Both the position numbers and the translations under genes were made by a program. This document shows, one piece after another, positions 18,752-28,945 of a stretch of 64,000 nt of DNA. Under the pieces are notes generated by a model. The model searched no databases. It saw nothing but the letters and a program-made list of their open reading frames with translations, and was not told the origin of the DNA. The stretch comes from an uncultured Gemmatimonadales bacterium. Its GTDB lineage: Bacteria > Gemmatimonadota > Gemmatimonadetes > Longimicrobiales > RSA9. The DNA is taken from NCBI GenBank assembly GCA_963708135.1, contig OY970192.1, positions 4,832,001-4,896,000 of the forward strand, given 5' to 3'. Each line of letters begins with the position of its first letter. Within the stretch, counting starts at the first letter, position 1.

Positions 18752-21460
18752 ATGAGCCTTCCAATGGAGCGCCTGGCCGCATCCCTGGCCGACCGCTACC
18801 GCATCGAGCGCGAGCTCGGCGCCGGCGGGATGGCCACGGTCTACCTGGCCGAGGACCTCAAGCACCACCGCAAGGTAGCCATCAAGGTGCTCAAGCCCGA
18901 GCTCGCCGCCGTGCTCGGCGCAGAGCGGTTCATTCAGGAGATCACCACCACCGCCCAGCTCCAGCACCCGAACATCCTGCCGCTCCACGACTCGGGCGAG
19001 GCCGACGGCCTGCTTTACTACGTGATGCCGTACATCGAGGGTGAGACGCTGCGGAACCGGCTCGACCGCGAGACGCAACTCGGCGTGGATGAGGCGGTGG
19101 AGCTCGCGGAGGAGGTGGCCGGGGCGCTGGACTATGCTCACCGGCACGGCGTCGTGCACCGCGACATCAAGCCCGAGAACATCCTGTTGCACGATGGGCG
19201 GCCCATGGTGGCCGATTTCGGGATCGCGCTGGCGGTGAGCGCCGCGGCCGGCGGGCGGATGACCGAGACGGGGCTGTCCCTCGGCACGCCGCACTACATG
19301 AGCCCGGAGCAGGCGACGGGGGAGCATACCATCACCGGCCGCTCCGACATCTACTCGCTGGGCGCGGTCTTGTATGAGATGCTCGCCGGCGACCCGCCGC
19401 ACACCGGCAGAACGGCCCAGCAGATCATCGCGAAGATCGTGACGGAGGAGCCGACACCGGTCGCGCGGCTTCGAAAGAGCGTGCCGGCGAACGTGGCGGC
19501 GGCGGTGGCGACGTCGCTCGAGAAGCTGCCGGCGGACCGGTTCGAGAGCGCCCGCGCCTTCGCGGAGGCCCTCGCCAATCCGGCGTACCGCCATGGAGTC
19601 ATCGAGGCCTCGAGCGGAGCGAGCGCGGCCGCCGTCCGCGGCTGGAAGCGGCTCTCGCTCGCGCTCGCCGGCGCGCTGGTCCTGGCCCTCGCCGGGGCGG
19701 CCTGGGGGTGGCTTCGCCCGCAGCCGGCGGCGCCGCTGGTCCGGTATCGGCTGGGACTCCCCGACGATGCCGCATTCGACGCCGCATTCGACCTTCCGGC
19801 GCCGGCTCCGGACGGCTCCTTCCTCGTATATCCCGGCCCCGACGCGAGCGGGAGCGGCGTACGCCTGTGGCTCAAACGACGCGACAGCGACACGCCGACA
19901 CCGATCGCCGGGACCGACGGCGCACAGAGCTTCGCCATCTCGCCCGACGGCGCCTGGATCGCATTCACCGGCCCCACGTCGGGGCGGCTGCAGCGGGTGC
20001 CGGTGAGCGGCGGCGCACCGGTGGCGATCGCCGACGACGGCGTCGCCCCGGGTGCCGGCGTCGCCTGGCTGGATGACCATACCCTCGTCGCTCTCGACCG
20101 CAGCGCCACGAGCCTGGAGAGCATTCCGGCGACCGGCGGAGCGCCACGCGTCGTCTATCACACCGACTCGGCGCAGGTCTTCCAGCCGGTTGCTCTTCCG
20201 GGCGCCCGCGGCCTGCTGTTCGGGCGCTGCTACTCGTATTGCGCCATCGGGGAGTTGTGGGCGCTCGACCTGCACAGCGGCAAGGCACACCGGATCCTGG
20301 CCGGCGTCAGCGGTTCGTCCGCGTACCTGGCTCCCGGATACGTGGCGTACGATACCCGGGCGGGCGGGCTGTTCGCGGTGCCGTTCGATCTCGGCCGCCT
20401 GCAGGTGCACGGGTCACCCATCCCCATCGCCGACAGCCTGCGCGAGAGCTTCAACGTGGCAAGCAAACCCTTCCACGTCTCACGGTCGGGCACGCTCGTC
20501 ATGGGGCTCGTGTCGGGCCCACGCCCGCGCAACGAGCTGGTGTGGGTGGACCCTGACGGCCGCACCACTCCCGTCGATACGAGCTGGACGTTCGAGCGCA
20601 CGCAGTCGGCAGGCAATCCGGGCTGGGCGCTCTCGCCCGATGGGAAGAGGCTGGCCATCGGCGTGCATACCCCGTCGGGCGACGCCATCTGGGTCAAGCA
20701 GCTCCGGCTGGGGGCGGCGCAGCCGATCAGCAACGACTCCGTCCCCGCCTACCGTCCGCGCTGGACGCGCGACGGCCGCTACATCACCTTCGTGGGAGGC
20801 GACCGCGAGCCGGGGTTCTTCGCGCATCGCGCCGACGGCCTGGGCGCCGACTCGCTGCTCCTGCGCGGATTCTTCAATGAGGGCGCCATCGCACCGGGCG
20901 GCACGCAGTACGTGCTGCGCACCGGCCACCTCGGATCCGGGGCCGGTGGACGCCAGATCATGCGATTCCGCACCGGCGTCAACTCCGTCCCCGTTCCGTT
21001 GATCGATGCCGGCTCCGGGCACGACGCGGAGGCCGCGGCCGTCTCGCCCGACGCGAGGTGGATCGCCTACCAGTCGGACGAGACGGGGCGGCTGGAGGTC
21101 TTCCTCCGTCCGTTCCCCGACGTGAGCGCGGGGAAGTGGCAGGTCTCGCGCTCGGGAGGTGCCGGACCGCTCTGGTCCCGCGACGGCCGCCGCCTCTTCT
21201 ACCTCCGCGACGATGCCACCATGATGGCCGTGCAGGTCGCCGGAAACGCTTCGCCGCAGCTCGGCGACCCCGTGCCCCTGTTCCGCGTGCCCGACAGCCT
21301 GCTACGTGTTGCGCCGCCCGCCAACTACACGCCCTGGGACGTCGCGCCCGACGGCCGTTTCATCATGGTGCGGAACCTGGCCGCCGGCCGCGCCGTGCGT
21401 TCCGAGATCGTCGTGGTCGAGAACTGGCTGCAGCACTGGCGGCGCGGGGTGGAGCGGTGA
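18752..21460 (+). CDS. Ser/Thr kinase K2: kinase-TM-TolB-like (PD40) beta-propeller
   Basis: Full kinase motifs; hydrophobic segment; repeated SPDG/W(S/T)RDG blades. Confidence 0.95.
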   Translation: MSLPMERLAASLADRYRIERELGAGGMATVYLAEDLKHHRKVAIKVLKPELAAVLGAERFIQEITTTAQLQHPNILPLHDSGEADGLLYYVMPYIEGETLRNRLDRETQLGVDEAVELAEEVAGALDYAHRHGVVHRDIKPENILLHDGRPMVADFGIALAVSAAAGGRMTETGLSLGTPHYMSPEQATGEHTITGRSDIYSLGAVLYEMLAGDPPHTGRTAQQIIAKIVTEEPTPVARLRKSVPANVAAAVATSLEKLPADRFESARAFAEALANPAYRHGVIEASSGASAAAVRGWKRLSLALAGALVLALAGAAWGWLRPQPAAPLVRYRLGLPDDAAFDAAFDLPAPAPDGSFLVYPGPDASGSGVRLWLKRRDSDTPTPIAGTDGAQSFAISPDGAWIAFTGPTSGRLQRVPVSGGAPVAIADDGVAPGAGVAWLDDHTLVALDRSATSLESIPATGGAPRVVYHTDSAQVFQPVALPGARGLLFGRCYSYCAIGELWALDLHSGKAHRILAGVSGSSAYLAPGYVAYDTRAGGLFAVPFDLGRLQVHGSPIPIADSLRESFNVASKPFHVSRSGTLVMGLVSGPRPRNELVWVDPDGRTTPVDTSWTFERTQSAGNPGWALSPDGKRLAIGVHTPSGDAIWVKQLRLGAAQPISNDSVPAYRPRWTRDGRYITFVGGDREPGFFAHRADGLGADSLLLRGFFNEGAIAPGGTQYVLRTGHLGSGAGGRQIMRFRTGVNSVPVPLIDAGSGHDAEAAAVSPDARWIAYQSDETGRLEVFLRPFPDVSAGKWQVSRSGGAGPLWSRDGRRLFYLRDDATMMAVQVAGNASPQLGDPVPLFRVPDSLLRVAPPANYTPWDVAPDGRFIMVRNLAAGRAVRSEIVVVENWLQHWRRGVER

Positions 21461-21545
21461 GCGCCGAGCGTCTGGCCGCCGCCCTGTGGCCGACCGCTAC
21501 GGCATCGAGCGCGAGCCGGGCGAAGGCGGGATGGCGACCGTGTAT
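21457..21545 (+). pseudogene. Kinase 5' stub (first ~29 codons)
   Basis: GTGA-coupled to K2; VSAERLAAAL/(2-nt insertion)/ADRYGIEREPGEGGMATVY, then homology ends. Confidence 0.85.
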
Positions 21546-21598
21546 CGGAACGCCAGGCGGCGCTGGCGCGCGTACCGTAAGCCGCTTATGATAGATCC

Positions 21599-21862
21599 AT
21601 GAGCGACATCAAGCGATATCTTGCGGAGATCGGGGCCCGCGGCGGCCGCAAGAGTCGGCGAGTCCTGGACCCGGAGACCGCGCGGGCGATGGTCCGGGTG
21701 CGCGAGGCGCGGCGCGCGTTCCGGCGGTTCCGCGCCACGTGTTTCTGGTCGTACCGGCCGGATCTGGTGATCGGGATCGAGGACGTGCCGTGGGTGGTCG
21801 AGCAGCTGCGGAAGCACGGGAACCGGGAGGCCTGGCGCGTGGCGGCGAGGCTATGCCGCTGA
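21599..21862 (+). CDS. Small basic protein, putative antitoxin partner of the nucleotidyltransferase
   Basis: 87 aa with CFWSYRPDL..VVEQLRKHGNREAW; overlaps the downstream NTase-like gene. Confidence 0.65.
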   Translation: MSDIKRYLAEIGARGGRKSRRVLDPETARAMVRVREARRAFRRFRATCFWSYRPDLVIGIEDVPWVVEQLRKHGNREAWRVAARLCR

Positions 21863-22480
21863 CGGAGTTTCAGCGCCGGCTGCTGGCGGAGCTGGCGTCG
21901 CCACCGAACGACGAGCGCTATCTGGCGGGCGGCGCGGGGATGCACTTCGCGCCGAACTCGGCCCGCTACAGCGATGACCTCGATTTCTTCCACGATTCCG
22001 AAGCCCGCGTTTCGCATCCGCCTTCGCCGCGGATCGCGATCATCTCGAGCGCGCTGGCTACACGGTGGAAGTCGAGCAGAGTCTTCCCGGGATTCGTCCG
22101 GGCGGGTGCTAGCGCTGGCGGCTCTGTGCTGGGCGGCGGTGGGCAAGGATCCTGGCTTCACGCCGCTTTCGCTGCTGGAGCTGCTGAAGCGGCGGGGCCG
22201 CTACCGGCCGGAGGATTTCGCCCGCCTCCACCTCGCCGAGCCGTTCGAGGTCACGGACGCGAAGCGGACCTGGCTGGCGGCGCTTGCGGAGACGGAGTCG
22301 TTCGTGCGCGAGCGGCCGCCGGAGGAGAGCGGCTGCCTCTACTATTCGACTGAACGCCAGCAGTTCGTGGTGCCGCGAAGCGATGCCAGTTTGGCCGCGC
22401 AACGGGTCGTGCCGCACTTCGGCGCGCCAGGCGGCATGCTGCCCCGGATGGCCGATTCCCGAGTCGAAGGAGCGTCGTGA
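21853..22480 (+). pseudogene. AbiEii-like nucleotidyltransferase toxin, frameshifted and probably internally deleted
   Basis: MPLTEFQRRLL..YLAGGAG..RYSDDLDFFHD (NTase GG/DxD motif); coding continues in two other frames (..YTVEVEQSLPGFVRA; ALCWAAVGKDPGFTP..). Confidence 0.7.
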
Positions 22481-25137
22481 TCTCTGCCGCCGAGCGTCTC
22501 TCGGCCGCCCTCGCGGACCGCTACCGCATCGAGCGCGAGCTCGGCGAGGGCGGCATGGCGACCGTGTATCTCGCGCGCGACCTGAAGCACGAGCGCGACG
22601 TCGCCCTCAAGGTGCTTCGGCCGGAGCTCGCCGCGGTCATCGGCGCCGAGCGCTTCCTCGCCGAGATCAGGACCACGGCCAACCTGCAGCACCCGCACAT
22701 CCTGCCGCTCTTCGACTCGGGCGAGGCGAGCTCCTTCCTGTTCTACGTGATGCCGTACGTCGAGGGCGAGTCGCTGCGCGACCGGCTGAATCGGGAGAAG
22801 CAGCTGCCCATCGCGGACGCGCTGCGCATCGCGCTGGGGGTTGCCTCGGCGCTGGACTACGCGCACCGCCACGACGTCGTCCACCGCGACATCAAGCCGG
22901 AGAACATCCTGCTGCACGACGGTCAGCCGCTGGTGGCCGACTTCGGCATCGCGCTGGCGCTGAGCACGGCCGGCGGCACGCGCATGACGGAGACGGGGAT
23001 GAGCGTGGGCACGCCCACGTACATGAGCCCCGAGCAGGCCATGGGCGAGCGCGCCATCGATGCCCGGGCCGACATCTACTCCCTCGGCTGCGTCGTCTAC
23101 GAGATGCTGACGGGTGACCCGCCGTTCACGGGCTCGACCGCACAGGCGATTGCGGCACGCGTGCTCACGGAGCCGCCGCGATCACTGACGAAGCAGCGGC
23201 ACACCGTCCCCGCGCATGTCGAGGCGGCGGTGCTGACGGCGCTGGAGAAGCTGCCGGCGGATCGGTTCGCCACGGCGCAGGCCTTCGCCGATGCGCTCGA
23301 GGGCAAGGCGGGCGCCACGGCGGCCGCGGTGCGCGGGATCGCCGGTGCCGCGCGCCGCTCTGGATGGCGGGGGACGCTGCGGAACCCGGCGGTGTGGGTG
23401 CTGGGCCTCGTCGCCATCGGCTTGTCGGTGGTAGCCTTTCGTGAGCGGACCGCCAACCGGACCGCTGGTGCCGACAGTGTGGTGCGCTTCACCGTGGACC
23501 TCCCCCCTGGCTACGAGCCGGCCATGTACGACGCCGGAGGGCCCGACCTGGCGATCTCTCCGGACGGATCCACGCTGGCCTTCCCCGTGATCGATCCGCG
23601 CGGCGGCCAGCAGTTGTTCGTGCGACGCCTGGCCGAGGCGACCGCCCGGGTGCTCCCGGGCACCGACGGTGGATTCGGGCCGACGTTCTCGGCGGATGGA
23701 GCCCACGTCCTGTTCTATACGGCCGGCCGGCTCGAGAAGGTGGCGCTCAGTGGCGGCGCTCCTCAGCTGGTGGCGAGCAAGCTCCCGGGGGGTGGGCAGA
23801 CCTGGATACCTCACGGGGACATCGTCTTTTCCACCCCCGCATTCCCCGTTCTCATGCGTGTCTCCGCCGCGGGGGGCGAGCCACGCCCCGCGGCAGCCCT
23901 GGACACAGCGCGGGCAGAAAGGGGCCAGTTCTTCCCGCACGCCCTGTCCGATGGTCGCCACGTGCTCTACACGAGTTGGGGCCGCGGATCGACGGAAGAC
24001 GCCCGTATAGGCATCCTGGACCTCTCCACCGGCCGCGCGCGCCGGCTCGACGTGTCCGGCACGTTCCCTCTGGGGATGCTGGACGGGCGGCTCATCTACA
24101 CCGACCAGACCGGCACCGTGCTGGCGGTGCCGCTCGATGTCGCCTCCGGCCGCGTAAGCGGTCAGTCGGTTCCGCTGCTCACCGGTGTGGCGACGTCGGC
24201 CCGCGGCTCGGCCGTGGCCGCGCTCTCGCCAACGGGTACCCTGGCGTACGAGGGAGGCAGTCGGGAGTCGACCCTGGTGCTTGCGAACGCGGCCGGGGCG
24301 ACGCCGCTCCTTCCCGAGGCCCGGCCTTACTCGATGCCGCGCTTTTCCCCGGATGGTAAACGGGTGGCCGTCAGCATTGCGTCGGGCACCTCGTCGGACA
24401 TCTGGCTGGAGGACGTGGTATCCGGGAGCCTGACGCGACTCACCAGCGGCGGCACGGTCAACGAGCGACCCGAGTGGTCGCCCGACGGGACCCGGGTGAT
24501 CTTCCGCACCGTGCGGGGCGGACGCTCGGCCATCTGGTGGCAGCCCGCCAACGGCAGCGGGCCCGCGTCCCCCCTCCTCGCCGACAGTGATGCGGACTAT
24601 TTCGAGGGGGTCATGACGCCCGACGGCCGCAGTCTGGTCTACCAGGTGGACACGGGCGAGTCCGACGTCATGATCCGGCGGCTGGACGGAGGCGACACGG
24701 ACCGCGTCATCGCCGCCACCCCGGCCACCGAATCCCGTCCGCGCGTCTCGCCCGATGGCCGCTGGGTGGCGTACATGACCGATGACGGCGGTGGGCCGCA
24801 GGTGGTCGTTCAGCCGATCTCCGGCTCGGGTGCCAGGGTCCAGGTCTCGGTCCGCGGAGGCAACGAGCCGGTCTGGGCGCCTGACGGCCGCCACCTCTTC
24901 TACCGGAACGACGGCAAGTTCATTGTAGCCGAGGTTTCGGGCACGCCGACATTCCACGTCCTCTCCCGATCCGACTTCATGAACGACACCTACCTGCCGT
25001 CGGCCGTGCCCCACGCGAACTACGACGTCTCGCCGGACGGGAAGAAGCTGCTCGTAGTCGAGGGCGAGCGGCAGCAGCTCATGGTGGTGCACGACTGGGC
25101 CGCGGAGGAGAGGGCGAAGCTGAAGGAGGTCAACTGA
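22477..25137 (+). CDS. Ser/Thr kinase K3: kinase-TM-TolB-like propeller
   Basis: Full kinase motifs, TM, PD40 blades; close paralogue of 50921-53587. Confidence 0.95.
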   Translation: MISAAERLSAALADRYRIERELGEGGMATVYLARDLKHERDVALKVLRPELAAVIGAERFLAEIRTTANLQHPHILPLFDSGEASSFLFYVMPYVEGESLRDRLNREKQLPIADALRIALGVASALDYAHRHDVVHRDIKPENILLHDGQPLVADFGIALALSTAGGTRMTETGMSVGTPTYMSPEQAMGERAIDARADIYSLGCVVYEMLTGDPPFTGSTAQAIAARVLTEPPRSLTKQRHTVPAHVEAAVLTALEKLPADRFATAQAFADALEGKAGATAAAVRGIAGAARRSGWRGTLRNPAVWVLGLVAIGLSVVAFRERTANRTAGADSVVRFTVDLPPGYEPAMYDAGGPDLAISPDGSTLAFPVIDPRGGQQLFVRRLAEATARVLPGTDGGFGPTFSADGAHVLFYTAGRLEKVALSGGAPQLVASKLPGGGQTWIPHGDIVFSTPAFPVLMRVSAAGGEPRPAAALDTARAERGQFFPHALSDGRHVLYTSWGRGSTEDARIGILDLSTGRARRLDVSGTFPLGMLDGRLIYTDQTGTVLAVPLDVASGRVSGQSVPLLTGVATSARGSAVAALSPTGTLAYEGGSRESTLVLANAAGATPLLPEARPYSMPRFSPDGKRVAVSIASGTSSDIWLEDVVSGSLTRLTSGGTVNERPEWSPDGTRVIFRTVRGGRSAIWWQPANGSGPASPLLADSDADYFEGVMTPDGRSLVYQVDTGESDVMIRRLDGGDTDRVIAATPATESRPRVSPDGRWVAYMTDDGGGPQVVVQPISGSGARVQVSVRGGNEPVWAPDGRHLFYRNDGKFIVAEVSGTPTFHVLSRSDFMNDTYLPSAVPHANYDVSPDGKKLLVVEGERQQLMVVHDWAAEERAKLKEVN

Positions 25138-25140
25138 ATC

Positions 25141-26115
25141 ATGCCACCGGACGCCGTTCGACCGATCACCCTGGACGAGATCCGTGAAGCGCGCGCGCGC
25201 ATCGCGGACGTCGTCGTGCGCACGCCGCTGATCCGGCTGGAGCTCGGCCCCGACCAGCCCGACATCCGGCTGAAGCTCGAGAACCTCCAGCCGATCAACG
25301 CCTACAAGCTGCGCGGCGCGGTCAACGCCGTGGCCATGCTCCCCGAGGCGGCGCGCGCGCGCGGCGTGTGGACGATCAGCGCGGGCAACGCGGGACAGGG
25401 CGTCGCGTACGCGGCGAGGAGCGCCGGCGTGCCGTGCACCGTGGTGGCCATCGAGACGGCACCCACGTCGAAGATGGAGCGGATGCGGGCGCTCGGAGCG
25501 CGCATCGTCCCGGTGCCATACGACGTCGCCTGGAAGGCGCTCGAGGCCCGCGAGTACCCGGGGATCGACGGCACCTTCGTGCACCCGTTCGACGACCACG
25601 ACTTCATTGCCGGCCATGCGACGATGGGCCTGGAGATCCTGGAGGATGCGCCGGACACGGCCGCCGTCGTCGCCGCGATCGGCGGAGGCGGGCTCGTCAC
25701 GGCGCTCGGGAGCGCGCTCAAGGCGCTCCAGCCGGGCATCGAGGTGTGGGGTGCCGAGCCGGAGACGGCCGCTCCCGCGGCACGCTCGTTCGCCGTGGGA
25801 TCGCCCCAGGTGTTCGACGCGTGGGAGCCATCGTTCGTGGACGGTGCCGGTGGCCAGAGCGTGTTCCCCCGCATGTGGGAGCGCATGCGCCCTGTGGTGG
25901 ACGGCTCGATCGTGGTCACGCTGGAGGAGACGCGCCGCGCCATGCGACTGATGGCGGAGAAGGCACGCATCATCTCGGAGGGCGCGGGCGCGTTGCCCCT
26001 TGCCGCCGCCCTGACCGGGAAGGCGGGCCCCGGCCCGATCGTGGCGGTCGTCTCGGGTGGCAACATCGACCTCGGGAAGTTCTGCGAGCTCATCCGGGAC
26101 GCCTCCGCCCCGTGA
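25141..26115 (+). CDS. PLP-dependent threonine/serine dehydratase family enzyme
   Basis: LKLENLQPINAYKLRGA, SAGNAGQG, HPFDD, IGGGGL, VSGGNID. Confidence 0.92.
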   Translation: MPPDAVRPITLDEIREARARIADVVVRTPLIRLELGPDQPDIRLKLENLQPINAYKLRGAVNAVAMLPEAARARGVWTISAGNAGQGVAYAARSAGVPCTVVAIETAPTSKMERMRALGARIVPVPYDVAWKALEAREYPGIDGTFVHPFDDHDFIAGHATMGLEILEDAPDTAAVVAAIGGGGLVTALGSALKALQPGIEVWGAEPETAAPAARSFAVGSPQVFDAWEPSFVDGAGGQSVFPRMWERMRPVVDGSIVVTLEETRRAMRLMAEKARIISEGAGALPLAAALTGKAGPGPIVAVVSGGNIDLGKFCELIRDASAP

Positions 26116-26167
26116 GCGGCCCCGACCGAGCTCCCGCCCGCACACCGGAGTGTCCATCCTGGCCGAC

Positions 26168-27748
26168 ATGTCCCCCTCCGTAGCCCGGCTCCGCGCGGCC
26201 GCGTGCGTGGCCCTGCTCTGCTGCGTCGCCCGGCCCCTCTCCGCCCAATCGGCGCGGCCCATGACGATTCCGGCGCTGGGCACCATCACGTTCCCCACCT
26301 CCACGCGCACCGCGGCGGCGGAGAGCACCTTCGTGCGCGGCGTGCTGCTGCTGCACGTCTTCGAGTACGCCGACGCCGCCGCGGCTTTCCGCGCCGCACA
26401 GAAGCTCGACCCCCACATGGCAATGGCCTCCTGGGGCGAGGCCATGACCCACGACCACCCGGTGTGGGACGAGGAGGATCCGGCCGCCGCGCGCGCGGCG
26501 CTCGCGAAGTACGCCCCGACGGCCGCCGCCCGCGAGGCCAGGGCGCCGACTGCTCGCGAGCGTGCCTACCTCCACGCGGTGGACCTCCTGTTCGGCACGG
26601 GAGCCAAGGCGGAGCGGGATACGGTCTACTCGCGGGCGATGAAAGCGGTACTCGATGCCTATCCAGGCGACGACGAGGCCCGCGCCTTCTACGCGCTCTC
26701 CCTCCTCGGGCTGAGCCAGGGCGTGCGCAATGTGCCGACCTATCTCCGCGCCGCGGCGATCGCTGAGAGCGTGTTCGTGCGCAACCCGCACCACCCCGGC
26801 GCCGCGCACTATTGGATCCACGGCATGGACGACCCCGAGCACGCCGCGGCGGCGCTGCCCGCGGCGCGGGCGCTCTCCCGGATCGCCCCCGACGCCGCGC
26901 ACGCGCAGCACATGACTTCCCACATCTTCATGGCCCTCGGGATGTGGGATGACGTCGTGCGCGCGAACGAGAACGCCACGCGCGTCGTGGACGAGGGTCT
27001 TGCCGCGCGCGGGCGCGGCGCTTCATTCTGCGGCCACTACAACTTCTGGCTCGAGTACGGCTACCTGCAGCTGGAGCGCACCGGCGATGCGCGGACGCTG
27101 ATGCAGAAGTGCAGGGCCCAGGCCACGCCTGCCATGCGCGACGAGCGCGACCCCGACAACTCGACGATCGGCTCGGCCGTCCAGATGTGGTCCCGCTACC
27201 TCATCGACACCGGGGACTGGTCCGGGCAGGACGCGCGCTGGACGCCCGAGTTCGGCAAGGCGGAGTCGGCGCGCAACGAATGGGAGTTCGCGCGCGGCTT
27301 CGCCGCGGCCAGACGCGGTGACCTCGCGACCCTGCGCGACGCCATGGCGGGCTTCCGGGCCGGCCGCGCGCACCTGCTCTCGGAGATCGCGGCCAAGCCG
27401 AAGCCCGATCCGGACGACGTGGAGTACCGTTCCCGGCTCGAGGTGCTCAGCCTGGAGCTCGAGGCCGCGGCCCGCCTGGCGGCAACGCCGGCGGAGGTTG
27501 ACTCGGCCGTCGTGCTGCTGCGCCGCGCTACGCGCGTCGAGGACTCGATGGCGTTCGCCTTCGGCCCGCCCACCGTGGACGAGCCGTCGCACGAGATGCT
27601 CGGCGACGTGCTGCTCCGCATGCGCCGGTTTTCCGAGGCCACGCGCGAGTTCGAGGACGCGCTCCGGCGCGCGCCGGGACGCGCGAGCGCCCGACGCGGC
27701 CTCCAGCAGGCGCGGGCGGGGATGAAGCGCGGCGACGCGTCGCCTTAG
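26168..27748 (+). CDS. Secreted TPR-like helical protein
   Basis: Signal peptide; GTITFPTS..FVRGVLLLHVFEY, HPGAAHYWIH, HAQHMTSHIF, TPR-like C-terminus. Confidence 0.82.
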   Translation: MSPSVARLRAAACVALLCCVARPLSAQSARPMTIPALGTITFPTSTRTAAAESTFVRGVLLLHVFEYADAAAAFRAAQKLDPHMAMASWGEAMTHDHPVWDEEDPAAARAALAKYAPTAAAREARAPTARERAYLHAVDLLFGTGAKAERDTVYSRAMKAVLDAYPGDDEARAFYALSLLGLSQGVRNVPTYLRAAAIAESVFVRNPHHPGAAHYWIHGMDDPEHAAAALPAARALSRIAPDAAHAQHMTSHIFMALGMWDDVVRANENATRVVDEGLAARGRGASFCGHYNFWLEYGYLQLERTGDARTLMQKCRAQATPAMRDERDPDNSTIGSAVQMWSRYLIDTGDWSGQDARWTPEFGKAESARNEWEFARGFAAARRGDLATLRDAMAGFRAGRAHLLSEIAAKPKPDPDDVEYRSRLEVLSLELEAAARLAATPAEVDSAVVLLRRATRVEDSMAFAFGPPTVDEPSHEMLGDVLLRMRRFSEATREFEDALRRAPGRASARRGLQQARAGMKRGDASP

Positions 27749-27776
27749 AGATCTTTCACCTTCGAATTGGAGTCCC

Positions 27777-28715
27777 ATGAACCAGTCCGATCACGCTCCC
27801 CTGGTCGCCATCGCAATGCTCGCCGCCCGGGCGGATGGCCAGACCGACTCCGCAGAGCAGGCGGCCATCCACGACGTCGTCGAGCGGATCGGTGCCGCGG
27901 ACGTCAGCCAGCTCGCCGCGCAGGTGAGCGCCGGAACGCTTCGGGTCACCGACCTGGCCGGCCGACTCTCAGACGACGGAGCACGGCGCGCGGCGTACAC
28001 GACGGCGCTGGCCGTCTGCCACGCGGATGGCTCGGCCAATCCCGACGAGCGAAAGTTCCTCGATGAGCTGCGCGACGCGCTCGGACTGGACGCGGTCGCC
28101 GCCGCGGAGCTGGACCGGACCGCCGGCGGGCTGTCCGCCGCCCCGAGCATGGAAACGGACGGCGCGGCCGCAAAGGCGGGCGCGTCGGACACGGGCGGCG
28201 CCGGGCTCGAGGATTTCATCCTCGACCAGGCGATTCTCACCGGCGCCCTCGAGGTGCTCCCGGACCACCTGGCGAACATCGCGATCCTGCCGCTTCAGAT
28301 GCGCATGGTCTATCAGATCGGTCAGCGCCATGGTCAGCAGCTGGACCTGAGCCAGGCGAAGGACCTCGCGGCCACCCTCGGGCTCGGCGCCGCCGCCCAG
28401 GCGGTAGAGGGCGTCGCGATCAAGCTGCTGGGCGGCCTCGCCGGCGGACTGCTCGGCGGACTCATCGGCGGGGCGACGAGGGTCGCGACCGGAGCGGCGA
28501 TCACCTTTGCCGCGACGTACGCGCTCGGTCACGTCGCCGATCGGTACTACGCGCAGGGGCGTAAGCTCAGCGCCGCGGACCTCCAAGCCCAGTTCGCGAA
28601 CTTCAAGGACGAGGCCCACACGATCTATCCACGGGTCGAGCAGGAAATCCGCGCGCGCTCGAAGACGCTCGATCTCGGGAGCCTGACGCGGTCTCTGGGC
28701 GGCAGGCCATCCTGA
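27777..28715 (+). CDS. TerB-like N-domain plus DUF697/YcjF-like membrane domain protein
   Basis: AARADG..E, VCHADG..ERKFLDEL, LPLQMRMVYQIG, Gly-rich TM hairpin, ATYALG. Confidence 0.8.
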   Translation: MNQSDHAPLVAIAMLAARADGQTDSAEQAAIHDVVERIGAADVSQLAAQVSAGTLRVTDLAGRLSDDGARRAAYTTALAVCHADGSANPDERKFLDELRDALGLDAVAAAELDRTAGGLSAAPSMETDGAAAKAGASDTGGAGLEDFILDQAILTGALEVLPDHLANIAILPLQMRMVYQIGQRHGQQLDLSQAKDLAATLGLGAAAQAVEGVAIKLLGGLAGGLLGGLIGGATRVATGAAITFAATYALGHVADRYYAQGRKLSAADLQAQFANFKDEAHTIYPRVEQEIRARSKTLDLGSLTRSLGGRPS

Positions 28716-28724
28716 CCGCGAAAA

Positions 28725-28775
28725 GCCGTGGCGCGGAGCGACGTCACTCTGGCCGCGCAGCGGGTCGTGGTGCCC
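28725..28775 (+). pseudogene. Relic of the NTase-toxin 3' end
   Basis: VARSDVTLAAQRVV resembles VPRSDASLAAQRVV at ~22370-22411, at both DNA and protein level. Confidence 0.55.
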
Positions 28776-28945
28776 GCTCTCGCCAGCGAGGAGAAGCGTC
28801 GATCGGGGCGCCCGACTGCCGCCCTTAGCGCGGCAGGGGCGGGGCCTGCATATTGGCATACCCCCTTTTCAGGACTTGTGGAGCGGGAGATCCGCTCATC
28901 GCGGCTCACCCTCGACCGGGAGCGTCCAATGGCGCGGAGTCGGTC

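Noticed and set aside
12496..19792. Short in-frame tandem repeats (CGCTAC x3 at ~12496; GCCGCATTCGAC x2 at ~19769) as phase-variation sites
   Set aside because: Unit lengths are multiples of 3 and copy numbers are low, so there is no ON/OFF effect.
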